From positions 418,624,001-418,688,000 of the forward strand of contig OZ024740.1 in assembly GCA_964016885.1 (NCBI GenBank): a stretch of DNA of 64,000 bases, in the 5' to 3' direction. The notes beneath the pieces were generated by a model. It had not been told where the DNA came from, searched no databases, and saw only the letters and a list, made by a program, of their open reading frames with translations. The DNA is from Eledone cirrhosa (Eukaryota). Made by a program: the position numbers and the translations under genes. This document shows, in pieces, positions 25,901 to 37,468 of the stretch; position 1 is the stretch's first letter, and each line of letters opens with the position of its first letter.

Positions 25901-26238
25901 GAATGCTGAGGATGGCTCTGAACATTAATCAGTATACACTGAGGATGAAAAACTCAGAGCTGTATGGGAGCATCCCAAAAGTCAGCTCAAAAGTGACACA
26001 GAGGAGACTGAGGTTGGCTGGACATGCTCACCGACATCCAGAGTTGACATTGCACTCAGTGCTCCTTTGGGAGCCCCTACATGGACACACTAGAAGAGGA
26101 AGACCAAGGTTAACATATGTTGATGCCCTAAGGACAGACACTGGTCTGTTGGAGATGCAGGATATGGCAGCGATAATGAGGGACAGAGACCGCTGGAGAG
26201 AACTCGTCCATGGATCTCGGGAATTTTACCCGCCTTAG
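22932..26238 (+). mobile_element. Apparently full-length RTE-like LINE (APE plus RT), one frameshift, 11-bp TSD
   Basis: ORFs 23106-24458 (LNVRT, IQEHR, GDFNAH, IDFIL, SDHRL) and 24370-26238 (IDFRKAFDSV, GVLQGDTLAP, FADD). TSD ATATGTGGTCT at 22921-22931 and 26239-26249. Confidence 0.93.
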
Positions 26239-26394
26239 ATATGTGGTCTTTTGGACTGCTTGAAATAGCAGCTAAATATCCCTGAACTCAGACCCTACAG
26301 TATTTAAGAAGGAAAGGAAGAATGTAGATATAGTACAACCTTGATGTTAGCAGACATTTTTTTGTCATTTTAATTAATGTTTTTAAATACCTAC

Positions 26395-26454
26395 CACATA
26401 TCAATGGCTGTTGTTTGAGTTTTTGAGCCAAACAATAATTCTGGGGCACGGTAC
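26395..26454 (-). CDS. CDK10: CDK10 coding exon 9
   Basis: 60 bp, (W)YRAPELLFGSKTQTTAIDM(W). Confidence 0.96.
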
Positions 26455-27969
26455 CTGTTGAAATAAAATCAAATCATAAAATCATTTAACCCTTACAGTT
26501 AGGCTTTCATTAAGAACAGATTTTAAAGTATTTTTAACAACTTTAATATTTCCTACCCTTGAAAGCAGGGAAAAGCGGACGTAAAATGATGATGATGATT
26601 TTTCATAATCTTCTTCAAGTAGTGCTCCAGCTGGGACATGTAATAGAGTAATACAGGTATGATCTGATCACAGCAGGTTTAGTACCATGGATTGCTCTAA
26701 TGCTACCCAGGATTAACTATACTTCTGTATATGGTGGAGCTCCAATCCCTTCCATGATGGCTAGCCAGTAGAATACCTTGCAGTATTAGTTCTGGTTCAC
26801 TGCACTGTGAGTTCAAATCCCACAATGGTCAACTTACCCTTTCATCCTTCTAAGTTCAATAAATAAAATAAATACCAGTCAAATACTGGGGTCAATTTCT
26901 CTCTCACTGAATTAGCTACATGGCACTGTCAGAAGAGTCATGAGTGACCAGTTTTTTCCAGAAATGGAACAGGGTCAAATGAGAAGCTAATAACCTCTTC
27001 ACACAGAACAATCTGATATGCTACAGGAACCATCCAAGAATGTGCTTTACAGCACAGAATAGAAACAAAGAAAATCATTTATTTAACTGAACAACATTGA
27101 AAAAAATATTCTTTATCTTCAGAAAATTTATCAGGAAATATTTCCACATGAAAAGGAATAATGAATCTGTAGCAAGTAATTTGAACTCTTGTTCTGATGT
27201 TAACAAACTAGGTCAGTGTGACGAAACATGCTGACCTTGCAGCACATAGATGTTCATTTTTCCTTTGTTTTTTTACTGCTGTTGCCACCCCAAAATCAGG
27301 CATCACCCAGTCTGGAGAAATTGGCCAAATGGAGGTTATTTAAGATAACACTTTCTTCAAATCATTCTGCTCTTGTATTTCAAAGGAGACACATCAAAAA
27401 CAGTTTGTTCTAGCAAGCAGGAAGATGTAGTTTTTAACCAAACACTCCAACCATATTGACAAGATCCAGCTAGCTCTACTCCTATTGGCAAGGCTATAAA
27501 AGGCTAGTCCACACCACACATCTGTAAATATCATCTTTTGAACTATTGCATACACACACATACACAACAACACACCCTTGTTCTCTATTTTATCAATAAT
27601 TGCCTTGTAGCAAGTTATTAAATTTATAAATATATTCAAGTAGCAATTTGGTTTTTATTTCATTACCTATGTGATCAGGGTAAATCACTTACCCAAAGAA
27701 TCATCACATCATTATCATCATAATGAACACTGTTGCTCACCTGCAATCTCTGGTCACACACACACACACACAAGTACATCAACCTCCTTCACCTAGATGC
27801 AACATAACAGTGACCACAGCACAAAGCAATCCACAAGTGAACACGACAATCAAAACAATCACCAACTACATCTAAGTAACATTTCTCGCTACAAATCTAC
27901 CTTACCACATGGTGACAACTTTGTCAGGTAAATATTTCCACATGAAAAGCAATAATGAATTTAACTTAC

Positions 27970-28039
27970 CACAAGGTAACAACTTTTGGTGTCATTGGCT
28001 TCATAGGCATACAATATTTCCGAGTGAGTCCAAAATCAG
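27970..28039 (-). CDS. CDK10: CDK10 coding exon 8 (DFG and T-loop)
   Basis: 70 bp, ADFGLTRKYCMPMKPMTPKVVTL(W). Confidence 0.96.
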
Positions 28040-28342
28040 CTGAAATCAGAAAAAGTTAATAAAAATAACTGTAAAATAAATTATAGACAGTTTAGCTTTT
28101 TAAGAGATTTTCCTATTGAGAAATCAATATTTGTAAATAACAAAGACTCCTTTGCTAGTTTGTAAACAAGAGTTTTATATGTGGTTACTTGAACTGCTAG
28201 AAATAACAGCTAAATATCCCTGAAATCAGACCCTAAGATATTTAAGAAAGAAAAGAAGAATGTATTGGATAATATAGTTCTATATACATATGTCCAGTGA
28301 AGTAGTTGTGTCCTTGAGTAGGACACATTATTTTGTGTTGCA

Positions 28343-28530
28343 AGGGCAGTGGATTGGCAATATCAGTAGAGGGTTGGACGCCATGCTTTCCAGCATAGTT
28401 ACGTCCCTTTACGATCTGAGTTCAAATCCCGCCGAGGTTGACTTTGCCTTTCATCCTTACGGGGTCGATAAAATAAAGTACCAGTAATGCACTGGGTAAT
28501 TGCTGGCCTTGTGCCTAAAGTAGAGACAAT
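28343..28530 (+). mobile_element. tRNA-derived SINE, family A
   Basis: Matches 44056-44243 and 63616-63804. Confidence 0.8.
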
Positions 28531-28689
28531 TATTTTGTGTTGCTTCAGTTTACTCAGCTGTAGAAATGAGTTGCGACGTCCCTGGTGCCAAGCTGTACCA
28601 GCCATTGCCTTTTCCTTGGACAACATCGAAGATGTGGAGAGGGGAGACTGGTATGCTGGTCTTCTACAAAATACCTTGCCCACATCTAA

Positions 28690-28940
28690 ACCAGCCAGCT
28701 TTGACCTTCCCAGAAAGCAATGGGTGTCCCTTAATCTGTTCTACACAACACTGGCCAAGACAGTCCATCATCTCCATTGATGGAAAATGTAAAACAGCCC
28801 AGCATGCGACTGTGGGCACCCTGACCAGACAATACTGCATGTTGTTCGGGATTGCCCCTTCAGATGTTTGCATGGTGGCCTGGAGGTAATCCATAATGCT
28901 GCAAATGACACCTTAGTCTAGCTTGCTAATCTCTCTAACC
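28690..28940 (+). mobile_element. LINE C-terminal fragment with CCHC finger (Ingi/I/RTEX-like)
   Basis: Reads FDLPRKQWVSLN...PACDCGHPDQTILHVVRDCP, with stops. Confidence 0.65.
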
Positions 28941-29122
28941 ATTGTCCATATGTCATATGACAAGAAGAATGAATCTAAACTAATTTTTTCATTGTTCTGA
29001 GAATAGTTTTGGTAAACAAAAATTATTTTCTAAGCCTACTTATACAATAGAGATCCATGAAGCAAGGAAACAGAAGATTTTTGAAAAATATGATGGAAAT
29101 AATATAAAATATGAAATGTTAC

Positions 29123-29175
29123 CTATTTTAACACAGCCTTCATCAGTCATAAGGAGATTAGAAACTTTAAGGTCT
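29123..29175 (-). CDS. CDK10: CDK10 coding exon 7
   Basis: 53 bp, (R)DLKVSNLLMTDEGCVKI, catalytic loop. Confidence 0.96.
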
Positions 29176-29933
29176 CTACAAAACAGAAAAATAAAGATTT
29201 ATAAACATAGAAGATTATTAAAAATGTTTGATTATTTTGCAGTTGTATTTCTTTGGCAAAAGATTTGATCTGGAATTATGGCAGCCTGAAACAGAATCAA
29301 CTGCCATATTGTAGATGAGTCATCATCATCGTCATTGTTTAATGGTCATTATCTGTAAAATACTGAGGAACAATGAACAAAGTATTGGTAACCAAGCATT
29401 AAATGTACAATGAAAGACTTTAATACTTAATTTATTGTGAAGTGGTAGAGTTTTTAGAACGTTGGATAGAGTGCTTTGTGGTATTTGTTCTGGCTCTCTT
29501 CTCTCTGAGTTCAAATCATGCCAAGGTCAACTTTTCCTTTCATCCTTTCGAGCTCAATAAAAAAAGTACCAGTCTAGTACTGGGGTTCATTCTTCCTATA
29601 TATCCCTTTCTCTCTTCCTCTCTCTCACTCTCTATCATTCTCTGGAAGAAATCTGCTGTATTTAGATCTGGAGAAGAGATGGACTCAGCCAGGTATAAAA
29701 TGCTCTAGAAAGGCTGTATACCACTACAGTACTTTTGAATTAAAGGTACAATCCATCCAACAGGCTTTTGTACACTTTTAGTCTATCCAATTTTACTCAC
29801 AAGGCTTGTGTTGGCTCAAGGCTATAGCAAAAGATATTTGACCTAAATACTATGCATTGGGATAGAACCCATGACCTTGTGATTGCAAAGTAATCTTAAC
29901 TATAATCTATATATTCTTAAGTGCTATACTTAC

Positions 29934-30001
29934 CGATGGATAATGCAATTTTCATGTAAATATTGAAGTCCTTTAAAAACTTGAAGCATTATAGATTTGA
30001 C
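29934..30001 (-). CDS. CDK10: CDK10 coding exon 6
   Basis: 68 bp, VKSIMLQVFKGLQYLHENCIIH(R). Confidence 0.95.
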
Positions 30002-31287
30002 CTGCAATACATTGGAAAAATAGTCTCTATTATATACAAGTGAAGATCAATTAACTAGTCCATTTCTAATATCAATTTTATTGGTAAAATAATCTAACAA
30101 ACCTGTTTGTATTTGAAATACTTTAGTTGCACTTACTTAAAGTTAAAGAGAGTGGCTGAGACATTAAAATATTGAACTAATCTCTACATGGTTGTGAGAT
30201 GAATTCTTTTCTCAAGTTGACTCACCTGTCAGTTAAACAATTAGTAGAAGGATGAACTTCCAGCTAAAGAAAGACTTACTCTGTTGATGTGCAAATGTGT
30301 AAATTTACATTAAGAACATTGCACTTATGTTGGCGTGGAGAAAATGATAATAATAAAATAAGCAATGATTATGTTTCTTTCAGTTTGAAAACTAACTTGC
30401 TTGGTGAAAAGCCTCATCCTACATGAGGAGGTACCTCAGATATGGCTATCATATCTAGCAAAACAGGGCAGATCTAGAAGAGCAAAACTTCAATAGAAAT
30501 CCTGCTCGTCTCATAGTAAGCAGCAGCTCATACAACGATCATCAGTTTAATTAGATAACCTCAATGTTGTGAACACCAGTGGCTTCACAGATGATCAACT
30601 ATATAGAGTTACGGCCCTTGCCATTCTGAGTTCAAATCCCGCCAAGGTTAACTTTGCCTTTCATCCTTACGGGGTTCATAAAATAAAGTACCAGTAATGC
30701 ACTGGGTAATTGCTGCTCTTGTGCCTAACGTAGAAACAATTAATTTAACAATGGGTTGACACAACTGCTCCAGTTAACAGAGAAATCTATGATTATACAG
30801 GTGTGGTCAGCTACATATATTCTAGCCATTAGAAAAAACAAAATGAAGTTCAAGAAAAATGTTCACCTTCGATGGAGGGATGACTCAAGATGTTTCTGAC
30901 AAACAACAATGACATTACCCCAATTGTCACTTACCAATGACATCATACTTATTATCATTCTCCCTATTCTCCTACCATCCTACACCCAGCTCCCTGTAAC
31001 AGAGAGAGGAGTCTTCAGTTGGGTCAATGACAGACAACCTCTTTAGTGCATGTGTGTAATGGGCTTCTGTAATGTTTACATATACAAATTGTACTTACAT
31101 GTTATTGGTCTGCCTAAGACTATAGCAGAAGACACTTGTCGAAAGTGTAGTGTAGTGGGATTGAACCTGAAATCTCATGGTTGTGAAGCAAACCTCTTAA
31201 TCACATAACCACACCTCTACCTATCTAATTATTATATAATAACTAAATCTTTTTAAGAAATAAAAAAATGTTTAACTATAAATATAC

Positions 31288-31369
31288 CTGTGCTTCTGAA
31301 AAAGGAGCTTGCATATTGTCGAGCAGAGAGGCGAGATCTTGTTCACAATATTCCATCACTAAAAATATA
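31288..31369 (-). CDS. CDK10: CDK10 coding exon 5
   Basis: 82 bp, (S)[27 protein letters not shown]. Confidence 0.96.
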
Positions 31370-32496
31370 CTGAAATAGACAAAGATATGCTAAAGTATAT
31401 ATGATGTGCTGAATATAAAACATTTTCTGGACATATGTTCTACTCAGGATTGAACATGAAACCTCTCTCATTCAATTGTCATATTTATCACATACCCACA
31501 CAAGTGCCACCCACCACCTCACATCTATTCTCACTACATAATGGAACATCCCAGACACCTCATAAAACACCTGTATGTCTGACAAAACATACTTTCATCC
31601 ATAAGAGTATCTTGGTTAGCCTATGAATTTTTCAGCCAACCCTTTTCATCATCAATATCCTTATAAGCTCCCAAGTACTATGATGGAATTACACATCACC
31701 AATGATATGGTACTCTGATACAATCTACTTTGTTTGCCCTCATTGTGGACACCTTTAGAATTACAGGCATACATCAATAGACAGGACAGTGATGAGTCTC
31801 CATGCCTAGACTACAACAGTGTACTCATACATGTAACCATAGCATGTTGTAATGTATATCATCATCACTGTTTAACGTCCATTTTTCCATGCTAGCATGA
31901 GTTAGACGAGTTGTCTCACTGTGAGACACAACAGATCAGATGACCATATCTTGCTCATACAGAACTGTTTCTGGCTAGATGCCTTTCCTATCACCAACCA
32001 CATTTATAGTGTGTACTGGGTGCTTTTTGTCGAGACACCTACACAACCACTATACAGAGTGTACTGGGTGCTTTTTGTCGAGACACCTACAAAACCACTA
32101 TACAGAGTGTACTGGATGCTTTTTGTCGTGGCACCTACAAGAGCACTTTACAGTGTGGACTGGGTATTTTTTGCCACGTCACCAACACAACCACTTTACA
32201 GTGTGAACTGGGCACTTTTTTTCGTGTCACCATCATGACCAGTGTATAGTACAGTTGTAAGCTAGGCAGAGATATGGTATATCTAGGACAATAAATCTGA
32301 ATCACACCTAGTCATTTCACCAACTCCTTATGTTACAAACGTCTGCTCAAATAGAGATGACCTGGAGTTACATAACAACTACAACAACAACCTCATCATA
32401 CCTGTATATCCTCCCACCAATTCTATGACAACCATTGCAGACTATATCTATAGAAAGATAACTTTTAACAAACATAAACTTTAGAAGAATATCTAC

Positions 32497-32599
32497 CTGT
32501 CAAGACTTTTACCAACAACTACTTCTTGTAATTCAACTATGTTTTCATGGCGTAGGTTTAGAAGTATATTGATTTCTCGAAGACCACTGATAGGTATTC
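32497..32599 (-). CDS. CDK10: CDK10 coding exon 4 (PISGLRE helix)
   Basis: 103 bp, [34 protein letters not shown]; the PISSLRE-type helix is diagnostic of CDK10. Confidence 0.96.
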
Positions 32600-32867
32600 C
32601 TGGAAAGACATAGGATAATAACAATAATAATGATAGCACGAGTGAAAAATGTCACTGAAAGTGTTAGAGTGTTTCTATACTTCACTATTTCAGCCAAGTA
32701 TGGTGAAGTTTATGCTTAACTGAGGAGGGTAATAAGATCGAAACATTCAAGAGTTGGCTCCCATATTTGCCGAAATGATTAAAATGATATTAAACATTAG
32801 ACAGATGTATTTTCTTCACATTTGTATTTTTAATTAGATTTTTATGCTAACTACATTAAATATATAG

Positions 32868-33160
32868 GTGGCAAATTGGCAGAGTCCTTATAACAGCAGA
32901 TAGAATGCTTTGCGGTATTCATTTCTGCTCTCTGAGTTCAAATCCTGTCACAGTCAACTTTGCCTTTCATCCATTCAAGGTCAATAAAAAAAAGTACCAA
33001 TCAAGTATTGGGGTCGATTCTTCCTCTCTCTGTCTCTGGAAGAAATCTGCTGTATTCAAGTCTGGAGAGAAGATTGGCTGAGCCAAGTTTTAAAATGCCC
33101 CTGAAATGCCATATGTCAATATGGCACCCCTATGACTCCCTCAGGAGTTATGGGTTCATA
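32868..33160 (+). mobile_element. tRNA-derived SINE, family B (family A core with a different tail)
   Basis: Tail AAATCTGCTGTATTCAAGTCTGGAGAG...TTTTAAAATGCCC...CCCTAYGACTCC recurs at about 29430-29720, 37590-37710, 38650-38940 (-) and 61640-61950 (-). Confidence 0.7.
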
Positions 33161-33734
33161 CATACATTGAATATATTAACACTAACTTTAACTATTGTTT
33201 GTAATGCTGAATATGGCGCTGACTTATTAACTTTTGTAATCTGTTTTTATAGTGTTAAAGATGACTGAAGAACAGACCACAAAGCAACTGTCTGTGTTGT
33301 TTGGAAGTCAAATAAATGCCTTGCAGTGTTTATTAAGGCTCTCTGTCTTCTGAATTCATATTCTGCCAATAATAACATTGATTTTTATCCTTTCAGATTT
33401 GATAAATAAAGTCCCAGTCCAGAGCAGACAAATGGCAGAATTGTGAGTGTGTTGGATGGGATAATTTCTGATATCTGTTCTGAACCTGAATGCTCACAGT
33501 TCAAATCTTGCATTGTCTCACTGAAAAAAGATGGTGATATGATTGGACCAGTCATGGGAGAGGGTAGAGATCTATCATTAAAATACCTATGAAATCTCTC
33601 ATTAGATTTAACCTTATAGAAGACCAGCTAAATCTATGCAGGTGTGAGCCACAACAGTTATGAATGGGTTTAAGTATCTATTGTTGCTTTCAGCATTTAG
33701 AATTATAATTTAAATAAATAAAAAAATTCTTTAA

Positions 33735-33942
33735 CCCTTTAGTATTTTAACTGGCCACATCCGGCCAGAATTCTCTCACCTCTTTCTGTTCAAACAAGCC
33801 ATAACCGGCTGCTCATACTGATGTTAAAGTATTGTTCTCAAAATAAATAATATCAAATTCTCAAAGATTTGATATTATGTGAGATAAACTGTTTACCGTG
33901 AAAATACAATAGTAAATATGGACTAATGTAAATGTTAAAGGG
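33735..33942. mobile_element. piggyBac-like MITE
   Basis: TTAA on both sides, ends CCCTTTAG...TTAAAGGG. A partial second copy lies at about 20320-20495. Confidence 0.8.
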
Positions 33943-33983
33943 TTAAAATATCTATTTCAGAAAATAGAAAAGTTAAAACCAAC

Positions 33984-34055
33984 CATCACGCTCTCTTTCC
34001 ATCCGCATCTTTTTCAATGCAACAATTGCATCAGACCTTATGTCCCGTGCACGAT
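33984..34055 (-). CDS. CDK10: CDK10 coding exon 3
   Basis: 72 bp, (Y)RARDIRSDAIVALKKMRMERERD(G). Confidence 0.96.
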
Positions 34056-35362
34056 CTAAAATATGAAACATTTGTATTAATAATAAAATGTTGTAGTTTG
34101 CTTGAAACATTGTATAAAATATATAATACGGAAAGTGATGTATGTAAGAAGGCTAAACAATACAAAATGGATGGCAAGACGAAAGCAACAGAAAAGTTAG
34201 TTACCTGGTAATATTTGATTTTTGTTGTTTCCTATTTTTGGGACTTAAAATTCCCTTTGTCAAAGTATAGGGAACTCTCAGAGACATTCCAGTCAATCTG
34301 ATGAAGGGAATTGTACCCAAAACAGGATGAAAGAAACGACAAAAACCCCAAAGATTACTTTCTCGTTGCCTTCATCTTACCATCCATTTTGATTTATTTA
34401 GCCTTCTTATATCACTTTCTACATTGTTTGTATTAACATACTTCATAAAAAGGAAAGCAAAATATTTAGAAGAAACGTTACCGTATATACACGAATATAA
34501 GCAGAGGAATTTGTGACCCTGCAAAAATTGATGGTAAAATGTGGGGTGGTGGCTTATATATGCCATCTAAACAATGTGTTGATAAGCTGCCTCGGTTTAT
34601 ATATGAGGTTTGGATTTTTGCCCATTTCTCAGATATAAAATGGGAGAGGAGGATTGACCAATGTCATGTGAGGTGAATTTGGTAAGCAGAAACTGTAGAA
34701 GCCTGTTGCATATATATATATATATATATGAAGACTGGCAGAGAAGAGAAGATGACGAAGGAACATGAAAAGTAGAGAGATGCTGTGCTGAGAAAGACTC
34801 GTCCAATTCATGTAAGCATGGAAAAACGATGATGATGATGATGATATATAAATTTCTTTTATACCTCAATTTATGAAGAATAGTATCATTGTTTACAGGT
34901 TTTCAAAGGCGCAATTGCTGGTTCTCTGCATTTATTATGGTGAGAGTTACAAGGTAACATTTGTATCTCTAGGGACTTCATTCAAAAAGTAACAGTTTTT
35001 TTTTAGCCAATCCTTTTGGCACATCTTCTCCTGTGCACTTGGTAGAATGCAAGACGCAGATCCCTGGCATAACTTGGAGATCAGTAGCCCTGTTTCAGTG
35101 CTGACTTGGTCAATGTAGACTTGGCCAACCCTTGCTAGCAGAGAAAGTGGACGTTATGATGATGATGATGGTGACATCCAGTATACATTCACGATGAATC
35201 CAATGATGTTAGAATTTCTTTGAGAAAGTCAGATCAAATAAATTGTAGTATTTTTTTCCAAGACTGAATAGGTGAATATATAAGTTTAGAAAGTATACCA
35301 TGGAGAAACTTATTTGTATTTCATTTGTATATAAATCAAAACAGAATAAACCTGAAACTTAC

Positions 35363-35435
35363 AAACAATGCCATATGTTCCTTCTCCAACTCTGTTCAGC
35401 TTTTCAAAATCTGTAACACTACGACATCTTCCAAG
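35363..35435 (-). CDS. CDK10: CDK10 coding exon 2 (Gly-rich loop)
   Basis: 73 bp, LGRCRSVTDFEKLNRVGEGTYGIV. Confidence 0.96.
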
Positions 35436-35861
35436 CTATAAAGAAAATAACAATAACAAAGAAGTTTTATATTTAAAAACATGAAAATCCATATTGACTT
35501 AATGTTTTTTTAAACATCAGCTTTTTAATCAATTTATAATGGTAGGATATAAAATTTGAAGGTGATTTGGTTGGTGTTTCTAGCAGTTTGAGCGACCACA
35601 CAGAGGAGTCATCATTAGATCATAAAGTGACAAATATTTAGTTTTCTATTATTGAGACATATTTACTATCTAATAGAATAAAGGAGGCAAAAAAGAAAAA
35701 GGGAGAAATTAGCTGCACAAGTACAAGAATAATGTAATTTTTGTAACAGGTAAAAAAGATGTGGACTGTTCACTGGAAAGACCAGTTATATATAAAGAGA
35801 AATAGTGCAGTTGACAAATCAATATTAAACAAAGTATGTTTGGAACATGGTAAATAAAGTT

Positions 35862-36071
35862 TAAAATTAAAATAGAAATAGAAGCTTCACTGTAATATGT
35901 TTGACTATAATATAGTCTAATAATGGGACATATAAACCTACTAGATGGAAAAAAATATTGTGTACTGATATCCATCTTTTTCTGTTCAGTAGGTTTATAC
36001 ACCCCATTATTAGACTAGATTATATAGTAAAAAAATGTTATGGTGAAGCTTCTATTTCTATTTTGATTCTT
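35862..36071. repeat. Imperfect foldback (about 95-bp arms), probable old MITE
   Basis: AAATAGAAATAGAAGCTTCAC...AGTCTAATAATGGG...TATAAACCTACT is mirrored at 35976-36071. Confidence 0.75.
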
Positions 36072-36543
36072 ACAACAATATTAGTTCAATAGAGGAACAA
36101 TTATATTATACTGATATCAGTTTGGTAGTACGTAAGAACTTCACTTTGCGATCATGTAGTTCTAGATTTGATCCCACATGACATGACATCTTAGACAAAT
36201 ATATTTTTTAACGATAGCCTAGAATCAATCCAACACTTGTGAGTGAAAGTGAGTCGTTGGAAAATATGTTGGATGGACTGTACCTGTTCTTGGATAGTAA
36301 ACTTATTTCATCACCTGGTTTATTAGCACAATGATGCTTCTAGCAAAATCCACTCTACAACAAACATTTAATTGTAAGTTGGGTCAGGTGACCGTGTTTT
36401 TCTCATACAGAACTATTTCTGGCTTTGTTTCTATGGCTAGATGCCCCTTCTAATGCCAATCATATTTACAATGCAGATTGGGTGCTTTTTGTGTGGCACC
36501 AAAATGATCACTTTATTGGGTTTGTGTGTGTGCTAATATATAA

Positions 36544-36736
36544 TAATTGTTTCTACTTTTGGCACAAGGCCAGCAACTATCCCAGTGTACCACGGGTACT
36601 ATATTTTATCGACCCCGTAAGGATGAAAGGCAAAGTTAACCTCGGCGGGATTTGAACTCAGATCATAAAGGGCCGTAACTCCTTTGCTGTAAAGCATGGC
36701 ATCCGACCCTCTACCGATACTGCCAATCCACCGCCC
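36544..36736 (-). mobile_element. tRNA-derived SINE, family A
   Basis: Full head, core and tail, ending about 50 bp from the CDK10 exon 1 donor. Confidence 0.8.
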
Positions 36737-36784
36737 TAATGAATTTAAAATGTTAATGTATATGAAAATAAAATAAAATATTAC

Positions 36785-36868
36785 CCTTGCTTTTTCAGGA
36801 ATTTCAATCAAGTCTCCAGTCAGGAATGAGTAAAAGAAATCATTCCTATCAACTCTTTTGTCATTCAT
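36785..36868 (-). CDS. CDK10: CDK10 coding exon 1 (start codon)
   Basis: ATG at 36868, MNDKRVDRNDFFYSFLTGDLIEIPEKAR, phase-0 GT donor. An AG acceptor at 36894-36895 implies an upstream non-coding exon. Confidence 0.82.
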
Positions 36869-37249
36869 TTTAAATCCACTGATATTATGGCACCTGAGAG
36901 AAATAAACAGATTAAAACTAGATTTCAAAGATCTATAAGTCATCATCAAATAAATAGCTTTACTTTAGCCTTTTGTATGTAACATTTGGAGATCAACTTT
37001 GCCTTTCATCCTTACAAGGTCGATAAAAAAAAGTACCGTTCCAGTACTGAGGTCGATTCTGCCTCTATACCTCTAAATTTGTATTACCTAACAAATATAT
37101 AATTGTTTCTATTTTTAGGCACAAGGCCAGCAATTACCCAGTACATTACTGGTACTTTATTTTATCGACCCCGTAAGGATGAAAGGCAAAGTTAACCTCG
37201 CTATATAATATTAAATAGAAATACATACATATAATCAATTAGCTGTCAT

Positions 37250-37468
37250 GACACTACATCCTTCAAAACTTCCATGCTTCTCGAAATTCATCAACACACC
37301 TAATATTCTTCCTCCATACACACTCACGCATGTGTGTGCATCATGACTCATACACTGTTCACTTTCCTGACATGTTGTACATTATTCTATGTACTATAAA
37401 TGCACCTTTGATGAGTTGTAGTGCACCTGAGTATTGTGCACAATCATTTTCATCATTATTATTATCAT
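37250..37468 (+). mobile_element. CR1 LINE 3' tail fragment
   Basis: Matches the 3' end of the CR1 at 54676-54870 and ends in (ATT)n. Another fragment lies at about 42940-43037. Confidence 0.75.
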
